NCBI GenBank assembly: GCA_963664015.2
Contig: CAXXLF010000001.1
Location: 224,001 to 288,000, forward strand
Source: Candidatus Binatia bacterium
GTDB taxonomy: Bacteria > Desulfobacterota > Binatia > UBA9968 > CAXXLF01
Reading direction: 5' to 3'
Length of the DNA stretch: 64,000 nucleotides
The notes below the pieces were generated by a model, which had not been told where the DNA came from, did no database searches, and saw only the letters and a list, made by a program, of their open reading frames with translations. A program made the position numbers and the translations under genes. Positions 31,798-41,621 of this stretch are shown here, piece by piece (the first letter of the stretch is position 1; each line of letters starts with the position of its first letter).

Positions 31798-33044
31798 ATG
31801 GCAACTACCGTCAAGGCATCTGGAGGGAGAACCGCAGCATTCGCACCTTTCGTTCGCTCCTGCATAAGAACTACGCGATTTTTTGGTCCAGCGATATTCT
31901 GTCTTCTGTTGGGGCGCTGATCCGAGATGTTGCACTTTACTGGCTCGTATACGAGATAACCGGATCCGCTATCGCATTGGCCCTACTGGGCCTCTGTGAG
32001 GCCACTCCACGCCTCGTCCTCGCTCCTTTTCTGGGTGTACTCGTAGACCGTTATGACCGGTTGCGATTATTGATAGTCGTTCATTTCCTCTCCGCGATTC
32101 CGATCTTGGGCCTGGTGACTATCTATTTCACAGGCGTAATGGAATTGTGGCACATTCTTGGCCTCGAGATCCTTTATTCAATCATTAAAGGCATTAATCC
32201 ATCCGCATCCCAGTCGCTGATTCGAGAGCTCGTCCCCAAGGGGGAGATCATGAATGCGGTGGCTCTCTTCTCGGTTGCGTTTAATATCGCTCGTGTAGTG
32301 GGCCCCTCCATCGGCGGTGTATTGATCATCTGGATAGGGCCCGGGGGATGTTTTCTCGTTAACGCAGCGGTTCTTTTAATTTCGGGATGGGGGCTGTTAT
32401 TAATCCGTCTTACCAAAAGAGATCCGGGAAGCGGAGGAAAACATTTCCTGCGTGAAGTCAAAGAAGGGATCCGTTATATCTGGCATGAGCCGGTTATCTT
32501 TTCCGGTATTGGAGCCGCATATATTCTTGCTATTTTCGTGACTACCTACCAGAGATTTCTCCCCATATTTGCGAAGGAGATCCTAAAGGTTGGACCCGCG
32601 GGATTTGGAGTCCTGATGTCCGCCCCCGGGATCGGGGCCATCCTCTCGTTGACCTTCATTGCTAGCATGTCGGAAGATCGAAGGAAGGAAGTTATCCTCT
32701 GGATCCTGGTAACGGTGCCACCAACATTTCTCATCCTCTTTTGTATGTCGGGAAGCTTCCCCCTTTCCGTAGCCTTGCTGGCCTGCATCGGTGCAGGCCA
32801 GGCCGGCTATCGTACCATGACCCGAATCGTGATCCAAACACGGGTACCTTATGGCTTTTTGGGGAGAGTGATCAGCGTCTTTCAAATGGATCAAGGAATG
32901 CGTTCCGTAGGATCCATGCTCATGGGAACCCTTGCCGCTTACCTGGGAGTCTCCCTCGGACTCACCGTGTCAGCCGTTGTCGGTCTCGCACTTAACTCAA
33001 CCCTGTACTATCGCCTTTTCAAGTCCGGGTTGAAAAGGTCTTAG
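31798..33044 (+). CDS. MFS transporter; 5' end appears frameshifted or uses a non-standard start
   Basis: TFRSLLHKNYAIFW upstream of the called ORF and in its frame, G.LVDRYDR, AR.VGP.IGG, LGRV.S; the nearest ATG (31798) is out of frame. Confidence 0.8.
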
Positions 33045-33176
33045 CTTCTCGATTCATGCGCCGTTAACCTTGATGGGTCCTCGATCCACCCACTCCTACC
33101 GCCAACGGATTGGATCTTCTGATTCATGGGAGAGAAGTGAGGCAAGTTAGAAAAGTCAGAAAAGTTAGGTGAAAGG

Positions 33177-34598
33177 TCAGAAAAGGTCGGACCACTTCTC
33201 TAAAACCTTTTTCCTCAGTTCGGGACTCGCGATGTTGGTCTTGGGAAAGTCTTTGATCCAGTGGTACGGTTTGCAGGCGATGATAATCGCCCGTGAACTG
33301 GTGAAGTCTCCGTGCGCCTTCCGGTCAGGAGCAATGCGCGGATCCAAGGCACTTGACGTGCAGCCCTTGAGAACCGTAAGCGTAGTCTCAGGGTCGCAAC
33401 GGGTTCCGATGGCCCAGAGGACGTCCTCTGGATCGCGGGGGTTGATATCTTCATCCACAACCACAACAAAACGCCCCATGTAATTTCCTGACGCGGCCAG
33501 CGCCACCCTCATGGCATGTCCGGGATAGCGCTGACGGATCTGCACCACAGTGAAGCCGGGGATGGCAAGATGCCAGGCGTCAAGAATATCTTCCAACCCC
33601 TCCTTCTGCAGGCTCTCTTTGACATTCTTTGCTTTCATGGGCAGCCCAAAATGCAGTGTCGGCCTACGGTATTTCTTAGGGGGCATCCCGAGAATAATCG
33701 GGTCATTACGATGATAGAGAGCCTTCACCCTGATCACGGGTTCCGGTCTGGAGCCCGATGCAAAGTACCCGGTCCATTCCCCAAAGGGCCCCTCATTTCG
33801 AGTCTCGACATCTGGTGGCGGCACCTCCCCTGCAATAACGATCTCGGCTGTGGCGGGGATGGGGAGGCCCGTGGTCGATTCGTGGATGATCTCCACGGGT
33901 TCTCCGCGCACGTGGCCGATTAGGTCATACTTGTTAGGGCCACGGTTCTCTCCAAAAAAATAGGCCGCGCCCAGGAACAAGGTCGGATCCTGCCCCATGG
34001 ATACCGCCACGGGACAGCTTTGACCCCGCGCCCAGTATTTCTTTTCAATAATGGCTCCCTTATGGGAAGGGGTAATATAAAGTCCCGCTAGATTTTTTCC
34101 ACTGACCATTACCCGGTAGCAGCTGAAATTGATGAGGCCGCTCTCGGGATCCTTCATAATGACCATGCAACCGGTACCGATATATCGCCCTCCGTCCCCC
34201 TCGTGCCACTTGGGAGTGGGAAACTTCCACAGATCGATTTCGTCACCCTGGAACGAGTTCTCAAGAACCGGCCCGGTCTTCACCTCTACCGGTGGTACCG
34301 GGCGATAGGAAGAAAAGACCTTTTTATAGTACTCCTCCATTGCCGTATCCACGTCCAAATCCAGTGGAAGATCAACCGCCAGAAGCGCGCGGCGTAGCGG
34401 GTCCATGGCATTGGTCAAGACCCGATACCCCTCCGGATAATCTTTAATTTGATCGAACAGGAGGGCCGGGCCCAACCGTTCATAGTTGAGCTCATCAAGG
34501 GTACCGATCTCTAGATCCCAGTCTGCACCACAGACCGTTTCCAGCTCATTGTTCCGCTCTAAAGCCGCGATAAACTCTCTAAGATCTCTAAACGGCAC
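33177..34598 (-). CDS. UbiD family (de)carboxylase, copy 2
   Basis: FRDLREFI, DGGRYIGTG, EGPFGEWTGY, QRYPGHA, VDEDI. Confidence 0.92.
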   Translation of the reverse strand: MPFRDLREFIAALERNNELETVCGADWDLEIGTLDELNYERLGPALLFDQIKDYPEGYRVLTNAMDPLRRALLAVDLPLDLDVDTAMEEYYKKVFSSYRPVPPVEVKTGPVLENSFQGDEIDLWKFPTPKWHEGDGGRYIGTGCMVIMKDPESGLINFSCYRVMVSGKNLAGLYITPSHKGAIIEKKYWARGQSCPVAVSMGQDPTLFLGAAYFFGENRGPNKYDLIGHVRGEPVEIIHESTTGLPIPATAEIVIAGEVPPPDVETRNEGPFGEWTGYFASGSRPEPVIRVKALYHRNDPIILGMPPKKYRRPTLHFGLPMKAKNVKESLQKEGLEDILDAWHLAIPGFTVVQIRQRYPGHAMRVALAASGNYMGRFVVVVDEDINPRDPEDVLWAIGTRCDPETTLTVLKGCTSSALDPRIAPDRKAHGDFTSSRAIIIACKPYHWIKDFPKTNIASPELRKKVLEKWSDLF

Positions 34599-35006
34599 GA
34601 TCCTCTCATTCCGACGAGTGATTACTCAACACAACTCCTCTGAATCACACAAATAGTCAAGAGCAAGCCATAAACTTCGAGAATAGCGAAAAAAGAGAAC
34701 CGGGAAGAGGGCAACAAATGGAATCCACCGTGCGAGCTTCAGAGCAAGGGTCATGTGGATATAATAGTCCAGTATCCAATACCCGGGCAAGGCGATTCAT
34801 GAACCACGTTCTCGCACCATGTTGGCAGACAACCGACCCGGAACTATATGCCATCGAGATCGGAACGAGTGCGAACAGCGAAATACATCGATGCTTCGAT
34901 ACGTCACTCGAAGATTAACTGCCAAAGACAATCTCAGTTGACCTAAACATTTTCCTATCTCTTAGTCGAAGCCGAGGTGAACAGGTTAAAGTTAAAGCAT
35001 GAAGCC

Positions 35007-35218
35007 TCCACGGGCTTACGCCCGTGGAATCCTCCCTTTCTTCGGCGGAATCCGCCGAAGCACCCTCCTTGCCTACTCCGCCAAAGCCGCCGCTTCGGCT
35101 GCGAAGGCCGGGCGCTCTTCGAGATTCGGCCCGTCGTCCGAAGGCTTTGGGCCGCAGGGCGGACGGTCTGTCCATCGCATTCATCCATGGGCTTACGCCC
35201 ATGGTCTTCTGAGAAGAC
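35007..35218. repeat. Cluster of about six GC-rich palindromes; REP-like or non-autonomous IS200/IS605-like element
   Basis: Terminal hairpins TCCACGGGC-TTAC-GCCCGTGGA and CCATGGGC-TTAC-GCCCATGG; internal CTTCGGCGGA-A-TCCGCCGAAG and others. Confidence 0.7.
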
Positions 35219-35387
35219 GGATAAGTTACTACAACACGGAAACACCGGGAAACAGTTAGAAACACTCAAGTCCTATCGTAATATCATTGACGAAACACAA
35301 AGGCAAGATGGCCACGCCCACGAATCGCTGCTGCTTACAGCGAAAGTAAATCCGCCAACGACCTGTGAATTCATCAAGAATATTATT

Positions 35388-35867
35388 TCAGCCGCGGCAG
35401 ACCACCCCAAGAGTGGAGTCGATTACTCGCTGTCCCTGGGTTGATGTGATCTTTTTGCGCTGGATCATAAGGTCGGCCTTTATGATGAACTCCTCCAGCT
35501 GGTTGGATACTTCGAGAGCATTCACTGCGTCGCCCTGAAACCGGACTGATTGTAGTTTGAAAATAAAAGCGTCCCCTTGGTCATGAATGAGCACTCCATC
35601 GATGGCTAGGGCCTCAAGGGTAGCAATAACGAATCCAATCTGTTCTGGTGTCTGAGCCAGACAAAACACGTGGGGCTCCCAACCGGGCTGGCTACGATAA
35701 GCATAGGATCCGATGAGTGCAGGTTCCTCGGAAATGGTTGCAGGGAGCGCGGATCGGTCACTCCCGACCTTGTCCGGAGCTATGAGATTTTTGGGGCCCG
35801 CAGCGTAGAGAGATACTGCGAAGGCCATAGGACAGATGATTGAGGAGACTAACGCGAAAGACTTCAT
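35388..35867 (-). CDS. Hypothetical secreted protein, possibly an internally deleted remnant with a FIMAH-like helical C-terminus
   Basis: Signal-peptide-like start; NQLEEFI.K...I..K.IT..QG..VID pattern. Confidence 0.45.
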   Translation of the reverse strand: MKSFALVSSIICPMAFAVSLYAAGPKNLIAPDKVGSDRSALPATISEEPALIGSYAYRSQPGWEPHVFCLAQTPEQIGFVIATLEALAIDGVLIHDQGDAFIFKLQSVRFQGDAVNALEVSNQLEEFIIKADLMIQRKKITSTQGQRVIDSTLGVVCRG

Positions 35868-36161
35868 GAATGTTCCTTTGGTCCGAACTTCTAGTAAAGA
35901 GCAGGATGGCTGTCAATAGGATTGCACAGGCATAGTTATCTCCTGTGTCACAATTAGGAACAGCAGGGATCAATTGGGAGGATTAAGGCTTACCAGGGTT
36001 GAGATTGGGTAAAATCTTGTTTGAAACAATCTCAAGAGAGCCTGGACAAATTGGCAGACGGGGATATTTTCGGATTCCCATGAGCACCCTCAATTTCGAA
36101 TCGCACGAGGATTAGGATATGACTGATTTGTTGTTGAGCCTTAGAAGCTTAATGGCAGCGC

Positions 36162-36833
36162 TTATTTCTTCCATAAGGTCTCATACTGATACCACTTGCG
36201 GCATTGGAAGCGATGTTCGCATTGGCGCAGCTGTTTACCATAATCCTTCGCCCGTCGATTCACTTCGCTCGCGGCGCGAACCACTTTCGGCTTCTTATGA
36301 TAACTGCCTCGCCGGTAGCCGCCGTAGCCTTCGTGGTAAGCGAGGTAAAGAGGTTGAGTATCCTCCCTGGAGACACCCAACCGTTTGTTGCTTCCGTGAT
36401 TAAACCAGCCAATGAAATCCAAGGTATCTTCGATATCATTTCGGCTCTTGAATGGGGCACCGGTTTCAGCGGTGTAATCCTCCCAGGTGGAATCCTGAAT
36501 TTGGGCGTACCCCTTAGCGGAGGACTTTCGTCCAACGGGAAGAAACCACAACCACTGGGAAGGAGGCATAGCATCATGCCTGAACGAGGATTCCCTCTGG
36601 ATAAACGCCATGAGGATATAGGCTGGGGTCCCCCATTTGGCTTCGGAGGCCTGGGCGTAATCATACCAGGAAGGGTTTTGATCAAAGACGGCACAGATAT
36701 TTTCTTGAATTTTGGGCGGAGACACGCCACAACCGGCCAGCAAACAGGCCAACAAGACGATGCTGATGAACTGCTTTGTGCCGACGGCAATAAGAACTCG
36801 CCTTATATCCACCACACACAATCTTGCGCTCAA
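36162..36833 (-). CDS. Transglycosylase SLT-like lipoprotein
   Basis: Lipobox LLAGC, LMAFIQRESSF, SSAKGYAQ, YLAYHEG.GGY; start uncertain. Confidence 0.8.
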   Translation of the reverse strand: MSARLCVVDIRRVLIAVGTKQFISIVLLACLLAGCGVSPPKIQENICAVFDQNPSWYDYAQASEAKWGTPAYILMAFIQRESSFRHDAMPPSQWLWFLPVGRKSSAKGYAQIQDSTWEDYTAETGAPFKSRNDIEDTLDFIGWFNHGSNKRLGVSREDTQPLYLAYHEGYGGYRRGSYHKKPKVVRAASEVNRRAKDYGKQLRQCEHRFQCRKWYQYETLWKK

Positions 36834-36900
36834 GAAGATGTCAAGTGCAATAGAGGCTGAAGCTTGTTAACTCTAGATTCGGGCGATGGATTAAAAAGAA

Positions 36901-36992
36901 TGGCGGAGAGGGAGGGATTCGAACCCCCGTTACCCTTACGGGTAAACCTGATTTCGAGTCAGGCGCCTTCAACCGGGCTCGGCCACCTCTCC
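36901..36992 (-). tRNA. tRNA-Ser(CGA)
   Basis: GGAGAGG start, CCTGA-CTCGAAA-TCAGG anticodon arm, long variable arm, GCCA end. Confidence 0.96.
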
Positions 36993-37016
36993 CCGGGGGA
37001 TACGGACGGTCTCAAA

Positions 37017-37511
37017 CTAAGCGAGAATTTCGTTTCGGCTCCTAAGACTGTTAAAAAAACCACTCAGAAGCTCGGAGCATTCTTTTCTTAAGACACCTTG
37101 GGTGATGTCCAGACGATGGTTGAGGCGAGGGTCATTGCAAATTTGATAAAGGGATTCCACCCCTCCCCCCTTGGAATCCAGGCATCCAAATACCAGACGG
37201 GAAACCCGCGCTTGAACCAAGGCGCCCGCGCACATAATGCAGGGCTCTAGGGTAACGTACAAAGTGCACTCCTCAAGACGCCAGCACTTGAGTGCTTGAG
37301 AGGCCTCCCTCAACGCCAGGATCTCTGCATGGGCAGTCGGTTCTTGCCGTTCTTCGCGCCGATTGTATCCTTTACCGATGATCGTGTCCTCATAGACCAC
37401 CAAGGCCCCGACCGGAACTTCGTTCTTGACCAGGCCCTTGCAGGCCTCTCGCAAAGCAAGCTGCATATAGGATCGGTCTTGTTCGTCCTGCTTGGCCGCG
37501 CTGTCGTCCAT
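37017..37511 (-). CDS. tadA: tRNA adenosine(34) deaminase
   Basis: EVPVGA, PTAHAE, YVTLEPCIMCAGA, LNH. Confidence 0.95.
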   Translation of the reverse strand: MDDSAAKQDEQDRSYMQLALREACKGLVKNEVPVGALVVYEDTIIGKGYNRREERQEPTAHAEILALREASQALKCWRLEECTLYVTLEPCIMCAGALVQARVSRLVFGCLDSKGGGVESLYQICNDPRLNHRLDITQGVLRKECSELLSGFFNSLRSRNEILA

Positions 37512-37604
37512 GTCCTCTACGGTATCACAAAAACCCTGGAATCCTAAATCTGCGAAATACAGGGGGAACCTTCTCCCCTCCTGCGGTGAATCCTACGCTA
37601 TCGA

Positions 37605-38483
37605 TCAACCCGGTTTTCCGCCGCTTAAAAATTTCAAAACTACTTCGTCGTGCTCTGCCGGGTGCTCCCATTGGGGCCAATGGGCCGCATCGGCCATACA
37701 ATAAAACTCGCTCCCTGGAATAAGAGAATGAACGTATTCACCAACATTACGACCGGAACCGGGATTTTTATCGCTCCAGAAAACCAGGGTCTGGGCCTTG
37801 ATCTCCCTGAGACGCTCTTCGGGAATAAAAAAACCTGCTGAATCCCCATCACCAAAAGAGTTACTAAACACATCCGTTAGGGCACGTTGGGTCTCCGGGT
37901 GACTATAAATTTTGTGGCGCACCTCTACCAGCTCGTCGGTAACCCGGTCAGGGGCGGCCATGAGCCACTCGAGCCTTTTACGAATGGTTTCCTTATTGGG
38001 ATCCTTGATAGCAGATAAGGAACGTTCCCTAAGCAGGAGTCGTCCCTCTGCCGGTACCTCCTTGACGACGCCCGGCTTGAAGCGCACACCCGCTGTCGTA
38101 TTCAAAATCAGTTTGTTCAATCGATCGGGATAATGCAGGGCAAACCAGAGGGCAGTCCAACCACCGAGGGATTCGCCTTCAACGTGGGCCTTATCAATAC
38201 CCAAAGAGTCCAGAAGGTCAACGATTTGCTGGGCGTAAGTAGGAACCGATTGACTATTATAGGGGATTTTTGAGGAAAAGCCGTGCCAAACCAGATCCAT
38301 AGCCATCACATGGTATTTTTGCCCCAATCGAACAATGTTCCGACTGTATGCTTCCGCATGGCCTCCGACACCATGAATCAATACCAAAGGCTCACCATCG
38401 CCGGCCTCGATAACCCGCGTCTTGAATTCTTTGCCATAATACCGAACCTGACTCCCCAGCAGATCAACCCACATTGTCGACAT
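37605..38483 (-). CDS. Alpha/beta hydrolase resembling meta-cleavage-product (C-C) hydrolases
   Basis: LIHGVGG, GESLGG nucleophile elbow, AAHWPQWE. Confidence 0.85.
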   Translation of the reverse strand: MSTMWVDLLGSQVRYYGKEFKTRVIEAGDGEPLVLIHGVGGHAEAYSRNIVRLGQKYHVMAMDLVWHGFSSKIPYNSQSVPTYAQQIVDLLDSLGIDKAHVEGESLGGWTALWFALHYPDRLNKLILNTTAGVRFKPGVVKEVPAEGRLLLRERSLSAIKDPNKETIRKRLEWLMAAPDRVTDELVEVRHKIYSHPETQRALTDVFSNSFGDGDSAGFFIPEERLREIKAQTLVFWSDKNPGSGRNVGEYVHSLIPGSEFYCMADAAHWPQWEHPAEHDEVVLKFLSGGKPG

Positions 38484-38546
38484 AATTCATCCTTCCCAGC
38501 GATCTCTCACTCAACACATCCGTGTTACACATCTCAGCTTTACATG

Positions 38547-38622
38547 ATGAAGCTACCACGGGATAACGCCCATGGTATTCTTCCTTATCTTCGGCGGAAT
38601 TCGCGATCGCACCCGCCTTCCC
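38547..38622. repeat. Degenerate partial second copy of the 35.0-kb palindromic element
   Basis: ATGAAGCTACCACGGGATAACGCCCATGGTATTC...CTTCGGCGGAATTCGC...GCACCC aligns by eye to 34999-35073. Confidence 0.65.
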
Positions 38623-38792
38623 AGTTGCCCATGATCTATTCCACTTTTGATATTCACCTGTCAAACTGAGAGACAAGCATAATTTTGTTCCAATCCACAA
38701 GTCAAACGAGCTCCCCCTACACTAAACATATAACGCGGAACACATTGAAAAGCATTTGAAAAAAACGTAGGCGGGACAAACCGATTGGGGCT

Positions 38793-39554
38793 CTATAATG
38801 ATCCTGCGAGGCGGGCCCTTCCTGCGGTGACACCTCCATCCAGGACAAAGGTGGCTCCCGTAATCTGTTCCGCATGAACCGATGCCAAATAGTGTACCAA
38901 CTCGGCAACTTCTTGTGGTAGACCGACCCTGCCAAGGGGAATTTGACTGGCAACCCGCTTCCGAATCCTGGGCGGAACCATCGGCGTATTGACAGCACCC
39001 GGACAGACACAATTGGCTCGAATCCTCGAAGGGGCCAGTTCCAGGGCAAGGACCTTTGTCAGCATAACGAGGGCCGCTTTCGACACGCAGTAGGCTGATC
39101 CACCGGCATAACCCACCAGGCCCCCCGTAGAGGCTACGTTAACAATACAGCCCTTGGCCTTTTTTAGGTACGGCAAAGCCATACGGGTAAGAACAAACGC
39201 GCCTCGGGCATTAACCGACATGACCTCATCCCAGTCCGCCAGGGTAAGCTCCTCTATGGTGCCAATCTTTTGAATCCCGGCATTATTGCAGAGAACGTCC
39301 AGTCGGCCCAGGCATCCTGGCCCCTGCACCATAACCTGCCGCAAGCCCTCTTCCTTACCAACGTCGGCGCAAACGAAAATAGGACGCAACCCATATTTTT
39401 TTAATATTTCGGCAGCTGCCTTTTCTCCTCTGCGCTGGTTACGGCCGCAGAAGACCAGGTCATAGCCCTCCCGGGCAAAACGATGCAAAATCGCCAGGCC
39501 AATTCCAGAGGTGCCCCCAGTTACGAGGGCAACGGGTCTTTTTTTCTTAGCCAA
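38793..39554 (-). CDS. Short-chain dehydrogenase/reductase
   Basis: TGGTSGIG, NNAG, YCVSK, NCVCPG.V.T. Confidence 0.93.
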   Translation of the reverse strand: MAKKKRPVALVTGGTSGIGLAILHRFAREGYDLVFCGRNQRRGEKAAAEILKKYGLRPIFVCADVGKEEGLRQVMVQGPGCLGRLDVLCNNAGIQKIGTIEELTLADWDEVMSVNARGAFVLTRMALPYLKKAKGCIVNVASTGGLVGYAGGSAYCVSKAALVMLTKVLALELAPSRIRANCVCPGAVNTPMVPPRIRKRVASQIPLGRVGLPQEVAELVHYLASVHAEQITGATFVLDGGVTAGRARLAGSL

Positions 39555-39624
39555 ATTCCTTGACGCCTTAAAGCAGCTGCCTGTTAACCGTCGACTGTAT
39601 TAAGCTCTTATGCCGCCCGCACCT

Positions 39625-40692
39625 TTATTGGATTGCCAGGGCGTAAATAATAGGGAACTGAAGGGGGATCTTTTCCCAATGGTCCCCACGATCGCGGCTG
39701 TTAAAGATCTCTCCCTCATTTAACTTGATAAACCGGGCCCCTTCACCGCCGGTCCCGATATACACATGGTCCATATGATCCGGGTCGAAATCGATGCATT
39801 CCACCATACTCAAAAACGGCTGGGGAAGACCCGACTGTAGCAGCTGCCAACTCTGGCCCCCATCGGAACTCCGCATCAGTGCCCCGTTGGCCTTATTGGC
39901 ACGGTTTAACCAAACCGGAGGAGGCTCCTCTGCCACGCCAACGTAAAGGGTTTGCGAATCATCAGGGTGAACCCGTACCGGCACCGAATAGGTCCGGGTA
40001 AAATCTTTTGTAATGCACTGCCATGACTTCCCGCCGTCGCCGGAGCGGTACAGGGGCCGACCCTTAGGAAAGGGTGTCGGATCGGGAAAGTTCTCCCCTC
40101 CTCCCGTTGCGGCGTAAAGGACGTCTCGGACTCCAGCATCAGAAATGATACTATGAACGTCCATATCAATGGTTTCTCTGAAATCGCTCCAGGACGAACC
40201 TCCATCGTCACTCATGGCAATGCCCCCCACCTGGGCGGCCACCCAGATTCGCTTGGGGTTGTTCTTGTCCAGGGTAATGCAGCGCACGTGAGGTTCTATA
40301 TTGGGCACGGGATACGTCCAGCCCCTCCCGGTAGCCAACGTTCTTAGCCCGACCACTTCAGACCAGCTCTGGCCCCGATCCTCACTCTTCCAAAGAGCCG
40401 GTGGCTCGGTCCCGACATAGACGATATCCGGGTTTGAGGGGTCCAACGTCAGGGCACGTACCTTATCGGAAAAGACACCACCACCCAGCCTTTTCCAGGT
40501 TTGCCCCCCGTCATCACTTCGGTTGAGGCCTCCGCCCCGAATACCGGTGTAAATCACATCGCGGTCGCGAGGATCAATGACAATGGCGTTGACCTCTGCC
40601 CCGGCGAGCTCTTTTCCCTCAAGGGCCCATTTTCCACTGGTATGAGTAACCTTGAAGATCCCGTCCAGTGTCCCGACGAAGAGAGCCTTCAT
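39625..40692 (-). CDS. BNR/Asp-box repeat beta-propeller protein
   Basis: Repeated S.D.G.(T/S)W boxes (SDDGGQTW, SEDRGQSW, SDDGGSSW, SGDGGKSW, SSDGGQSW, SRDRGDHW). Confidence 0.88.
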   Translation of the reverse strand: MKALFVGTLDGIFKVTHTSGKWALEGKELAGAEVNAIVIDPRDRDVIYTGIRGGGLNRSDDGGQTWKRLGGGVFSDKVRALTLDPSNPDIVYVGTEPPALWKSEDRGQSWSEVVGLRTLATGRGWTYPVPNIEPHVRCITLDKNNPKRIWVAAQVGGIAMSDDGGSSWSDFRETIDMDVHSIISDAGVRDVLYAATGGGENFPDPTPFPKGRPLYRSGDGGKSWQCITKDFTRTYSVPVRVHPDDSQTLYVGVAEEPPPVWLNRANKANGALMRSSDGGQSWQLLQSGLPQPFLSMVECIDFDPDHMDHVYIGTGGEGARFIKLNEGEIFNSRDRGDHWEKIPLQFPIIYALAIQ

Positions 40693-40874
40693 GACTCTAT
40701 TTCCTTTCAATACGGTAATGATCAGAAACGAATGGCAACACCCGGCAACGAGCGACTAGTCGTCATTTATCACGCACACTGGGCTAATCGTTATTACCCA
40801 TTACGACTCTATTGCCAATCGTTACTTTTTTGATCGTTTCTATCCCCCAACCCTTTCCCTCTCCGCCTCTGTCT

Positions 40875-41591
40875 CTATTTCTTTCCCGCCGCAATCGCCA
40901 TGTCGCCGAGATAGTCATAAATATAACGAAAGATATCGATGCTCTCTCTCACCGCGGCCAGCGCGGCATCGGCTTCTTGCTTACTGTGAGCATTTTCCAC
41001 GATGATCCGGATGGTCTCCTCCGCATGGCCCCCTTCATCAGGGTCCGCCGCGTCAGCCGCCTCCCAATGGGTCAGCGACTTCCTGTCCAGACTGAGTCCC
41101 TCCCAGTTTTTACGCGAGTTCAACGGCTTCTTCCCGTAACGAGCCGCCAACTCACCGTGGTTGGTCAGCTCCAGGGCCCCCACTGCGGCAAAGCCTTCGA
41201 GCCAGGGCCGCGTGCGGCTGACATTGTCCCAGTAATGGATTCCCATCTTCATGGGGATGCATGGCACGTAGTTCAGGATCTCCTCGCGGGAAAGTCCCAG
41301 CCCCTGTCCGAACTTCACCATGCTGCCGTAATGGGTATCGTCAATGGTTGGATCATGGACCTCTTCCACGTAGATATTACCGATGATGTACTGGCGCACA
41401 TTGAGATGGGGGCAGTTGCCAATTACGTTTCCAAACCAGCGAGGAAAATGGGCGGCAAAGAAAGTATGCTCCGGTGCGAAGATTTTGGCACCATCTCGAT
41501 TTAAGTGGTGGCTGACAAACTCGATCATGCGAGGTGACTTTTCCCACCACGATTCAGCTACCGCGTCTAGGATATCCTTTCGTTGCACCAT
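40875..41591 (-). CDS. Heme-oxygenase-like diiron (PqqC/CADD/TenA-fold) redox protein
   Basis: NIYVEE...H...F..GLGL, ALE, HWEAAD...H helical ligand pattern. Confidence 0.7.
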   Translation of the reverse strand: MVQRKDILDAVAESWWEKSPRMIEFVSHHLNRDGAKIFAPEHTFFAAHFPRWFGNVIGNCPHLNVRQYIIGNIYVEEVHDPTIDDTHYGSMVKFGQGLGLSREEILNYVPCIPMKMGIHYWDNVSRTRPWLEGFAAVGALELTNHGELAARYGKKPLNSRKNWEGLSLDRKSLTHWEAADAADPDEGGHAEETIRIIVENAHSKQEADAALAAVRESIDIFRYIYDYLGDMAIAAGKK

Positions 41592-41621
41592 AAAAAGCCT
41601 CTCCCTATGCTCCTATGATTC

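Noticed and set aside
34915-35444. Several overlapping ORFs across the palindromic element
   Set aside because: No protein motifs; GC-rich palindromes stay open in many frames.
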